This document shows, in pieces, positions 7,499 to 14,923 of a stretch of DNA of 31,225 nucleotides; the stretch's first letter is position 1; each line of letters starts with the position of its first letter. This DNA is from a virus (lineage: Duplodnaviria; Caudoviricetes): positions 1-31,225 of the IMG/VR virus record IMGVR_UViG_3300027985_001029. One strand, 5' to 3'. The position numbers and the translations under genes are program-made. Below the pieces are notes generated by a model, which was not told the DNA's origin, did no database searches, and worked only from the letters and a program-made list of their open reading frames with translations.

Positions 7499-8260
7499 AT
7501 GGAAAATGCACAAATTATTGAACTGGCAAAAGCTGCCAAAGATGGTAAAATTGAGGTAATCTACAGGGAGGGTAAAGCTGAGGAAATTTTGGCACCTGTA
7601 AAGCCATTAGAAAAGAAACAACTTGTTTTAATTGGCAACTCAGGTACGGTACTTGAATTTTTAAGAAAAAGGGCTCATTTATTTAAGCCAGATTCATGCA
7701 ATATTGAGGTTATTACTGATGATAATCAAATCATTTTTCAAGGTAATGAAAGTCAGGAGAATAACGATTTTATTACTATTGTTAAAAGTTTTCTGACCAC
7801 AACAAAAGATTTACAGGGCCTTGACATCAATGAAGACAATTATTATGCTCCGCTTGACTTGTCAAGATACCTTAGAAAAAGAAAGAATCTTTTTACTGAC
7901 AGTGAGGAATTTAAACTAGTGTTTACGGCACTAAGTACTTTCCAGGCAGAGGTAAACAGGCAGATTGAAAAAGCAGACGACCGCACCGGGAATGCATCAA
8001 ATGTCATCAAGCAAACTGTTGTTTCAAACCTTCCTAAAAAGTTTAGTTTATCTGTTAAACCTTTTCAGAATGTTGATAGATATATCACTATTGAAATTGA
8101 AATAGATGTGAATCCCAATTCACTTGACTGCACATTGCTCAGTTTTGATATTGATGAAAAAATTGATTTACTGAGAAAGGAAATTATTGAAAAAGAGCTT
8201 GAAAGTGAAATTTCGGAAGGCACTAAGTTAAGAGACTTTTGTGTTGTTTTTTATTCATAA
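7499..8260 (+). CDS. Conserved Bacteroidota phage protein (DUF2303/YfdQ-like)
   Basis: IEVIYREGKA...LSRYLRKRKNLF...FQAEVNRQIE...VVSNLPKKFSLSVKPF recalled family pattern. Confidence 0.6.
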   Translation: MENAQIIELAKAAKDGKIEVIYREGKAEEILAPVKPLEKKQLVLIGNSGTVLEFLRKRAHLFKPDSCNIEVITDDNQIIFQGNESQENNDFITIVKSFLTTTKDLQGLDINEDNYYAPLDLSRYLRKRKNLFTDSEEFKLVFTALSTFQAEVNRQIEKADDRTGNASNVIKQTVVSNLPKKFSLSVKPFQNVDRYITIEIEIDVNPNSLDCTLLSFDIDEKIDLLRKEIIEKELESEISEGTKLRDFCVVFYS

Positions 8261-8272
8261 TTGATTAGTTGC

Positions 8273-8290
8273 GGAGGGTTACGGCCCTCC
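8273..8290 (+). promoter_or_regulatory. UNCG-tetraloop hairpin between genes
   Basis: GGAGGGT-TACG-GCCCTCC; only a short U tail. Confidence 0.55.
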
Positions 8291-8305
8291 TTAAATACAT
8301 ATATC

Positions 8306-9271
8306 ATGAAAACATTACAAGAAAAAATAGATAAATTTTTTAAAAATGGTGAAATAGGTATAAAATTATGGAATAGGTATGTAAGTAGGAATTCCAATTT
8401 CATGGATTCCAATTTCATGGATTCCAATTTCATGGATGCCAATTTCAGGAATGCCAATTTCAGGAATGCCGATTTCAGGAATGCCGATTTCAGGAATGCC
8501 GATTTCAGGAATGCCAATTTCAGGAATGCCAATTTCATGGATGCCAATTTCAGGAATGCCAATTTCAGGAATGCCAATTTCAGGAATGCCGATTTCAGGA
8601 ATGCCGATTTCAGGAATGCCGATTTCATGGATGCCAATTTCAGGAATGCCAATTTCAGGAATGCCAATTTCAGGAATGCCGATTTCAGGAATGCCGATTT
8701 CATGGATTCCAATTTCATGGATTCCAATTTCATGGATGCCTATTTCAGGAATGCCAATTTCAGGAATGCCTATTTCAGGAATGCCGATTTCAGGAATGCC
8801 AATTTCATGGATGCCAATTTCAGGAATGCCGATTTCAGGAATGCCAATTTCATGGATGCCGATTTCAGGAATGCCGATTTCATGAATTCCAATTTCAGTG
8901 ATGCCAATTTAAATTTTAAAATAAATGAACTTACAACTGGTTTAATGTTGGCTTGTCCAGAGCAGGGAAGTTACATTGCATGGAAAGAAGCATCAGGGTT
9001 TATTTTGAAATTATTGATTACTGAAAATGCAAAAAGATTATCAGCAACATCATTAAAATGCAGAGCCAGTGAGGTCGTTACTTTATCAATTGAAAATAAA
9101 GACGGCACAATGACTGGTTTGACAGAGATTGCATCAAGTAGAGATTCAAATTTTATTTATAAGATAGGCGAAACTATTTCTGTGGATGATTTTCATAATA
9201 ATAGATGGAATAAATGTTCCACTGGAATTCATCATTTTTTGAGTAGAAAATTAGCTGAAAATTGGAGATAA
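8306..9271 (+). CDS. Pentapeptide-repeat protein with C-terminal DUF5758-like domain
   Basis: ~35 x [ND][AS][ND]F[RM]; C-terminus CPEQGSYIAWK...KCRAS...Y.IGE...DDF...RW..CSTGIH.F; ATG 8306. Confidence 0.9.
   Translation: MKTLQEKIDKFFKNGEIGIKLWNRYVSRNSNFMDSNFMDSNFMDANFRNANFRNADFRNADFRNADFRNANFRNANFMDANFRNANFRNANFRNADFRNADFRNADFMDANFRNANFRNANFRNADFRNADFMDSNFMDSNFMDAYFRNANFRNAYFRNADFRNANFMDANFRNADFRNANFMDADFRNADFMNSNFSDANLNFKINELTTGLMLACPEQGSYIAWKEASGFILKLLITENAKRLSATSLKCRASEVVTLSIENKDGTMTGLTEIASSRDSNFIYKIGETISVDDFHNNRWNKCSTGIHHFLSRKLAENWR
8390..8914 (+). repeat. 15-bp tandem array, about 35 units
   Basis: Units such as AATGCCAATTTCAGG, AATGCCGATTTCAGG, GATTCCAATTTCATG. Confidence 0.97.
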
Positions 9272-9272
9272 A

Positions 9273-9575
9273 ATGAACCATTTTACAACCAGCACAGGAG
9301 AGCGTATAAGTAAGGCGCAAATAGACCGAAACATAAGAAAAGCAAAAGAGCTGGTTTTGAATGAGCAGCTTGAAAAATTTGGTTATAATTTTTGCAGTAA
9401 ATGTCATGAAAATAACGGGTTACCGCTTGACTGTGCACACATTGAAAGTGTAGACAGTTGCCAAAAAAACGGGTATTGTGAAAAAGCATGGGACCCTGAC
9501 AATATTAGAATACTGTGTAGGAAATGCCATCAGGAATATGATGGGTTGGATCTTAAATTTTTAACAAATAAATGA
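9273..9575 (+). CDS. HNH-fold nuclease (NinG-like)
   Basis: CSKC...LDCAHI...WDPDNIRILCRKCHQEYD. Confidence 0.75.
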   Translation: MNHFTTSTGERISKAQIDRNIRKAKELVLNEQLEKFGYNFCSKCHENNGLPLDCAHIESVDSCQKNGYCEKAWDPDNIRILCRKCHQEYDGLDLKFLTNK

Positions 9576-9579
9576 ATAT

Positions 9580-9780
9580 ATGCACGCAGATATAGCAGGA
9601 GCATTGATGCAAATTAACAAAAGTTATAAAGCTTTTGAACATAGAGGTAAACCAATGACAAAATCACAAGTGATTAAGGTTTTAAAATATGGTTTATCTA
9701 AAGGATATACAAACACCGGACAGTTTACCGATGATGAGGTTGATGAAATACTAAAAGATAAAATATCCGCTCCTGGATAA
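9580..9780 (+). CDS. Hypothetical protein
   Basis: 66 aa, ATG start, in operon. Confidence 0.6.
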   Translation: MHADIAGALMQINKSYKAFEHRGKPMTKSQVIKVLKYGLSKGYTNTGQFTDDEVDEILKDKISAPG

Positions 9781-9924
9781 CCTCCCTGATGTCTTAGGGA
9801 GTGAAGGATATATGGTTTAGCGACTTAAAGCAGAGGGGCGGGGTGCAATATAGATTTGGTCGGAATCTGCACTTATTCATGCTGCCAATATATTCCAAGA
9901 CTGACCCCGATAATTCGGGAAAAT

Positions 9925-10063
9925 AGACATATAGCTCAATTGGTAGAGCGGCGTTGTATCCGGCGCGGCGAGGTGCTGCAGACTTACTTAATCTGTGAAA
10001 AGTGCATCCATCCAAAGCAAAGAAGTTTGTTTTGGTGTTCAGGTTCGAATCCTGGTATGTCTA
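9925..10063 (+). ncRNA. tRNA-like RNA with expanded multi-hairpin centre (139 nt)
   Basis: Acceptor AGACATA/TATGTCT, TA, D arm GCTC-AATTGGTA-GAGC, T arm TCAGG-TTCGAAT-CCTGG; ~89 nt between D and T arms. Confidence 0.8.
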
Positions 10064-10087
10064 CAACTATACATAAAAAAATCGATT

Positions 10088-10459
10088 ATGATAATAGACA
10101 GCCCACATAAAGAATTAACAGCCAAACAACGGATTGAAATATCTGTTAAAAAACAACAGGAAAGCGAATATAAGCTCAAAGGCAGGATGAGGTTAAAGCC
10201 AGGATTAACACTTTGGTCATTCAACTGGCAAACTATGGAGCTGAAAAAGGCTGATATCATCACCTGTGAATCGATTGATTTTGAAACCAAAATGCCACGC
10301 GAAAATAAAAAAGTTAACATGGACATGAAATGTTACTATTTCCAGGCACTTAACCAGCGAACGGCTGTTGGGAAAATTAATAAAATGATTTTCGGGTCTA
10401 TTGGGGTGCGCGATTTTTTCAGGATTGAAAATAAACAGGTAATTGCCAAAGGCTTATGA
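10088..10459 (+). CDS. Conserved phage hypothetical protein
   Basis: KQQESEYKLKGRMRLKPGLTLWSFN...YFQALN; ATG 10088 (longer start overlaps the RNA). Confidence 0.7.
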   Translation: MIIDSPHKELTAKQRIEISVKKQQESEYKLKGRMRLKPGLTLWSFNWQTMELKKADIITCESIDFETKMPRENKKVNMDMKCYYFQALNQRTAVGKINKMIFGSIGVRDFFRIENKQVIAKGL

Positions 10460-11298
10460 AAAAGGATGCTTTTTATTTTCCGCACGACAGTAATGCAAAA
10501 GATGACCCTAAATGCATTCTAATGGTTGAGGCAATGGGCTTGGAGGCGTACGGAATATTCTGGGTTTTGGTTGAAATACTCAGGGAGCAGCCAGATTATT
10601 GTTACCCCATTTCGTTGCTTCCTGCTATAAGCAGACGCTATAACACACAATTCGATAAAGTAAAAAGAGTGGTTACAGAATTCGGGCTTTTTGATATCAA
10701 AGATGACCAGTTTTTTTATAGTCCTGCTTTGAATGCAAGAATGATACCATTACAAGACAAACGAGAGAAAATGAGAGAGTTAGCGCAAAAAAGATGGGGT
10801 AAAAACAATGATGCGTACGCATTGCAAACGCATAACGAAGGCAATGCAAATGAAATGCAAGAGGAAAGCGAAAGCAATGCAGAGGCATTACATGAGCAAA
10901 GCGAAGGCAATGCAAGTAAAGTAAAGAAAAGTAAAGTAGAGTATAGTAAAGTAAAGAAAAGTAAAGAAGAAAAAAGTAATAATAGTAAAACCGGAAAACA
11001 CTTGTTTTCCTCCTCCCCCTATTTTGATTTTGAATTTTTTAAAAAATCATTGGATGGGAAATTTCAAAACCTGGATTTGGAATACTACTACGAAGTTGCT
11101 AAAAACTACTCAGAAAGTAAGAAAGCCATGTATGCCGACTGGCTGGCAGCCATTCGCAACTGGATGCTTCGAGATATGAAAGATGGAAAAGCACTCATTT
11201 TTAAAGCAAGTTTAAGTCCAGACGAACAAAAGGCAGCCAGGATGAAAAAAATTGAAGAAACCTATAAAAAATTAAACGATGGAAATCAGGCACATTGA
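10456..11298 (+). CDS. Replication initiator (DUF4373 / Lin1244-like N-terminus)
   Basis: YFPHDSNAKDDPK...GLEAYGIFWVLVEILRE; central low-complexity iteron-coding linker; DWLAAIRNW C-terminal motif. Confidence 0.85.
   Translation: MKKDAFYFPHDSNAKDDPKCILMVEAMGLEAYGIFWVLVEILREQPDYCYPISLLPAISRRYNTQFDKVKRVVTEFGLFDIKDDQFFYSPALNARMIPLQDKREKMRELAQKRWGKNNDAYALQTHNEGNANEMQEESESNAEALHEQSEGNASKVKKSKVEYSKVKKSKEEKSNNSKTGKHLFSSSPYFDFEFFKKSLDGKFQNLDLEYYYEVAKNYSESKKAMYADWLAAIRNWMLRDMKDGKALIFKASLSPDEQKAARMKKIEETYKKLNDGNQAH
10836..10966 (+). repeat. Probable replication origin inside the initiator gene
   Basis: CGAA(G/A)GCAATGCA at 10836, 10869 and 10902 (33-bp period), then AGTAAAGTAAAGAAAAGTAAAG at 10915 and 10945. 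Confidence 0.75.
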
Positions 11299-11953
11299 AA
11301 GAAATGAGTTTATTGTGAAAGTGTCAGGACTTTGCGAAATTATCAGTCTGACTTATGCCATTAGTGAGGCATCTCCTGAGTTTATTGCCTACTTTGCCAA
11401 CGTGCTTAAAAAACATTATGGCTATCTCACTTTTGAGCAGCTTGAAAGTGCCTATGAATACAACAGTCTTGGTTATTTGAATGCCTATTTACCATCAAAT
11501 GGTTTTTCTAAGGACAATAAAATCAAAGGCTTTAATATCCCTGACATGACCAAGGTAATTAAGGCTTATGCCGAATTAAAAAAAATTGAGCGTCCCGGAA
11601 TAGTAAAAAATGATGAGGTAAGCGATGAGCAAAAAAACCAAATCAGACAGGCATGGTGCAATGAATTATTGAAAGTATTTGATTTATATGCCAATGAATT
11701 TGAGCGTACAAACATTGGCACACCCGTTTACACTTGCGAAGTACTTGCAAAATGCGGACTGATAGAACCGGCCCGCATTGACAAGAAAGAAAAGCGAATT
11801 AACATTTCGATGAAAGGAGACAAAAAACGTCACCTGAGAAATGAAGAATTAATCTATGAAACATTTGATATGATACTCGCCAAAGGCGAATTGCTTGCGC
11901 CTTATTTACAAGATTATATAAATGAGTTTAACAAGGTAGAAATGCCATATTGA
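11279..11953 (+). CDS. Hypothetical protein, replication module (possible helicase loader)
   Basis: Overlaps initiator end; no Walker A seen; function from position only. Confidence 0.5.
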   Translation: MEIRHIERNEFIVKVSGLCEIISLTYAISEASPEFIAYFANVLKKHYGYLTFEQLESAYEYNSLGYLNAYLPSNGFSKDNKIKGFNIPDMTKVIKAYAELKKIERPGIVKNDEVSDEQKNQIRQAWCNELLKVFDLYANEFERTNIGTPVYTCEVLAKCGLIEPARIDKKEKRINISMKGDKKRHLRNEELIYETFDMILAKGELLAPYLQDYINEFNKVEMPY

Positions 11954-12786
11954 TGAAATCTATGTCACAATCAAAGATTGAATGGACAGAACAAACTTTA
12001 AATCCCATCATTGGCTGTAAAAAAATAAGTCCAGGCTGTAAAAATTGTTATGCCGAAACTATGGCAAACAGGCTGTCTAAAATTAAAATAACCAAAAGAT
12101 ATGCTCATGTTATTACTGATGGAAAATGGAATGGATTAACAAGTTATCAGTTTGAAGGTATTTTCGAAATGGTACAATATAGAAAAAAACCAACAATGTA
12201 TTTTATGCCTTCAATGGGTGACTTCTTTTACGAAAATGTTTCTTTTTGGTGGCTTGATGAAATTTTTGAGCAGGTCAAAAAATGTCCCCAACATACTTTT
12301 CAAATTTTAACAAAAAGACCTGAGAGAATGCTTCAATACTTTACTAGACATATTTTTCCTCCTGTTAATGTTTGGTTGGGAGTAACTGCAGAAAATCAAA
12401 AATATCTAGAAGAAAGATGGAGTTATTTAAGCAATATTCCAGCAAAAGTTAAATTTATTAGTTACGAACCGGCTCTTGGACCTATTGATATTGAAAAACT
12501 TGAAACTAAACCTGACTGGATTATATGTGGAGGTGAAAGCGGTCACAATGCAAGACCAATGCACCCTGATTGGGTACGTTCACTGCGAGACCAATGTGAA
12601 TCAGCAAACGTTCCTTTCTTCTTTAAGCAATGGGGTGAGTGGTCACCTAGCCCTAAATATGATGCATGGAATTGTAAATCATTTTATTTTGAAGATGGTA
12701 AAACAATGTACAAAATAGGTAAAAAGTTATCTGGTAGCAAATTATACGGAAAAGAGTACAAACAATTTCCAATTACAAATGACTAA
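11950..12786 (+). CDS. Phage Gp37/Gp68 (DUF5131) family, radical-SAM-like
   Basis: SKIEWTE.TLNPIIGCKKISPGCKNCYAE; QILTKRPER; DWIICGGESG; PFFFKQWG. Confidence 0.93.
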   Translation: MMKSMSQSKIEWTEQTLNPIIGCKKISPGCKNCYAETMANRLSKIKITKRYAHVITDGKWNGLTSYQFEGIFEMVQYRKKPTMYFMPSMGDFFYENVSFWWLDEIFEQVKKCPQHTFQILTKRPERMLQYFTRHIFPPVNVWLGVTAENQKYLEERWSYLSNIPAKVKFISYEPALGPIDIEKLETKPDWIICGGESGHNARPMHPDWVRSLRDQCESANVPFFFKQWGEWSPSPKYDAWNCKSFYFEDGKTMYKIGKKLSGSKLYGKEYKQFPITND

Positions 12787-12797
12787 TTTCTAATACC

Positions 12798-13028
12798 ATG
12801 GAAAACATCAAACAAATTGAAAAAGAAAAGCTGGCAAAAGCCAGGCGCGAAAAGATAAGAGTGTTTGTGATTACTTTTTTAATTGCATCACTGGTACTTA
12901 ACTATGCCATTATTTTTATAATGGACAGTATTGAATTTACACCTGCCTTTGATACAAAATTTTCGATAGTGGTATTTATTGAGGTTGTATCTGCAGTGGT
13001 GGGTTATTCATTTGTAAAAAACAGTTAA
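12798..13028 (+). CDS. Small two-TM membrane protein
   Basis: Two hydrophobic segments after a basic N-terminus. Confidence 0.65.
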   Translation: MENIKQIEKEKLAKARREKIRVFVITFLIASLVLNYAIIFIMDSIEFTPAFDTKFSIVVFIEVVSAVVGYSFVKNS

Positions 13029-13029
13029 A

Positions 13030-13224
13030 ATGGCACGCAAAGCAGTATTGATAAAATGCTCCCAGGGGGTTGGGATGGTTTACCGCGATGATGATCGCGA
13101 AGGTGAAAAGCTAAAAGTACACCTGGTTGATGACAATTGCGAACCCATTAAGGACGAAAACGGAAAAGAAAAAAGGATATTGGTACATCCTGATGAGGTG
13201 ACGGTTTATGGATTTATTGACTGA
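13030..13224 (+). CDS. Small SH3/KOW-like hypothetical protein
   Basis: 64 aa, beta-rich, tightly packed in operon. Confidence 0.6.
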   Translation: MARKAVLIKCSQGVGMVYRDDDREGEKLKVHLVDDNCEPIKDENGKEKRILVHPDEVTVYGFID

Positions 13225-13399
13225 TGCTATGAGTGGAATTTACGGACCTAATGACAACTATCGCGAAAGCGAACTTGATGATCATCTGGAAAGCATGGAC
13301 AATGATGAGGTAACATGCCCGGAATGTGGCAGTGATGATATTGTTTTTGTTGATGACAATATCAAGTTTTGTGTTGATTGTGAATTTAGCTGGTATTAA
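13208..13399 (+). CDS. Acidic Zn-ribbon protein
   Basis: CPECGSDDI...CVDC. Confidence 0.65.
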   Translation: MDLLTDAMSGIYGPNDNYRESELDDHLESMDNDEVTCPECGSDDIVFVDDNIKFCVDCEFSWY

Positions 13400-13400
13400 A

Positions 13401-13634
13401 ATGGAAATTACAATTAAACCACGCGGGGAATTGTCGTTTGATATTCCGAATGATGAGATTATTGAAGAAATTAACCTGATGCCATTAACAAAGAAATGGG
13501 GATTTGTGGCGGAGTTGCTCAATGAAATAAATCTAACAGACAAACAGAATTTAACTGATGAGCAGACAGCTATTATTCTTGATTTTTTGAGACGTACTTA
13601 TGAATTATACTCAGGTAAATTACTAACAATTTAA
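13401..13634 (+). CDS. Hypothetical protein
   Basis: ATG 13401 right after upstream stop. Confidence 0.6.
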   Translation: MEITIKPRGELSFDIPNDEIIEEINLMPLTKKWGFVAELLNEINLTDKQNLTDEQTAIILDFLRRTYELYSGKLLTI

Positions 13635-13637
13635 GAT

Positions 13638-13892
13638 ATGGATATAGTCAATAATACAAAAAAAAAGACAAATTTACTTTATAGTCTATCAGCAATTTTT
13701 AATTCAGGCAAATGGAGTAAATGGATTGATGTCGGATGTTATGAAGTAAGTGGATATTATTTTCTAATGCAGATGCAATTTCATTTAACCACTAATAAGA
13801 AAAGATTTAGGCGTGCAAAAATGGGGTGGGTTAATGATTACATGAGTAAACCAGAGATATTCGAGCAAACTAAAAAGTATAATGCTCATTAG
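13638..13892 (+). CDS. Hypothetical protein
   Basis: 84 aa, in operon. Confidence 0.55.
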   Translation: MDIVNNTKKKTNLLYSLSAIFNSGKWSKWIDVGCYEVSGYYFLMQMQFHLTTNKKRFRRAKMGWVNDYMSKPEIFEQTKKYNAH

Positions 13893-13916
13893 TTTTATTG
13901 TAAAAATACTGATGAT

Positions 13917-14303
13917 ATGAAATCCAGAAAGGGACAATTCAAAAAAGGGCATATTCCATGGAATAAAGGAAAAAAGACAGCCGGGGGCTTTTCGGGTAAT
14001 GTTTCAAAAGAGCAGGTTTTGGAATACCTTGAAGAAAAAGGGATAAACGACGGCACTGATGCTATTTTGGTTGATGAGTTATTTGATAATATCAAGCTGG
14101 CTAACCGGTTAAAAAAAGAACTGAAAGGTGATTTAATTGTGACAACCAGGCAAGGCCAAAAGTTAAATCCTGCAGTTGATGGCTATTCAAAAGTATTACG
14201 AAACATTACCGCAATATGCACCAAGTTGGGAATGACTGTACAGGACCGGCAAAAATTAAAGCTAGTTGTAAAGGATGATGATGAATTGAGTGATTTTGAT
14301 TAA
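13917..14303 (+). CDS. terS: Terminase small subunit, P27-like
   Basis: KLNPAV...KLGMTVQDRQKL...DDDE C-terminal signature; N-terminal GQFKKGHIPWNKG motif. Confidence 0.85.
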   Translation: MKSRKGQFKKGHIPWNKGKKTAGGFSGNVSKEQVLEYLEEKGINDGTDAILVDELFDNIKLANRLKKELKGDLIVTTRQGQKLNPAVDGYSKVLRNITAICTKLGMTVQDRQKLKLVVKDDDELSDFD

Positions 14304-14313
14304 AATTTATACT

Positions 14314-14613
14314 ATGGCAAAAATTAAAAAAGTAGAATACAAATTTAAAGGAAAAGTTTTTAAAACTCAGTACTTGTTTTGGTGCAATGGTTGTGGGCAT
14401 GAGCACGCTTTTGTATTAAGAAGTCAAGGCGGGCATCATGATTTTAATATGAATCTGGAAAATCCTACTGTAAGTCCATCATTGCTACATGATTTTATCC
14501 CCGGTAAACGATGTCATTCATTTATAAAAGACGGCAAAATTCAATATCTATCTGATTGTCATCATGATTTAGCTGGACAAACTATTGAATTACCTGATTA
14601 TCCTGAAAAGTAA
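14314..14613 (+). CDS. DUF6527-like Cys/His protein
   Basis: FWCNGCGHEH...FN.NLENPTVSPSLL...CHSFIKDGKIQYLSDCHHDLAGQTIELPD. Confidence 0.75.
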   Translation: MAKIKKVEYKFKGKVFKTQYLFWCNGCGHEHAFVLRSQGGHHDFNMNLENPTVSPSLLHDFIPGKRCHSFIKDGKIQYLSDCHHDLAGQTIELPDYPEK

Positions 14614-14632
14614 TAATTAAAAAATATTATAT

Positions 14633-14923
14633 ATGGAGCCAATAAAATTTAAACATCAAAACATAGTTTTTGCAGAAAATCAGCCTGAATATAAGCCTTT
14701 GCCTGCTTTAAAAATTGAAGGTAAAGAAGGTGTCGTTATTTCATGTTGGGGCTTATCGTTTAAAGAACGTGTAAAAGTTCTTTTTACCGGTAAGGTTTGG
14801 CTAAGTCTATGGTCATTTAATGAACCATTAACACCAAGTTATATGGCTATTGACAGGAAAGAAATTTATTCTCATACAGATGATAATAAACCATGGTTTA
14901 AAAGGCTATTTAATTTGAAATAA
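14633..14923 (+). CDS. Phage hypothetical protein
   Basis: PIKF..QNIVFAENQPEY.PLPA...VISCW.LSFKER...LFTGKVWL; recalled as a recurrent phage family of unknown function. Confidence 0.7.
   Translation: MEPIKFKHQNIVFAENQPEYKPLPALKIEGKEGVVISCWGLSFKERVKVLFTGKVWLSLWSFNEPLTPSYMAIDRKEIYSHTDDNKPWFKRLFNLK

Noticed and set aside
8251-8885. Overlapping repeat ORFs (MPISG)n on + and (KLAFL)n on -
   Set aside because: Automatic by-products of a stop-free 15-bp unit; only the frame fused to the DUF5758-like domain is credible
8390-8914. CRISPR array
   Set aside because: Contiguous 15-mers with no unique spacers and no cas genes; in-frame coding repeat
9781-10090. Hammerhead or HDV-like theta ribozyme near the tRNA-like RNA
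   Set aside because: CTGATGT does not match the CUGANGA core and lies within a stem-loop; the sequence 3' of the tRNA-like RNA is short and A-rich with no nested pseudoknot
9794-10110. ORFs 9794-10015 (-), 9856-10110 (+) and the 9995 start
   Set aside because: Overlap the GC-rich structured RNA region; atypical composition and non-ATG or implausible starts
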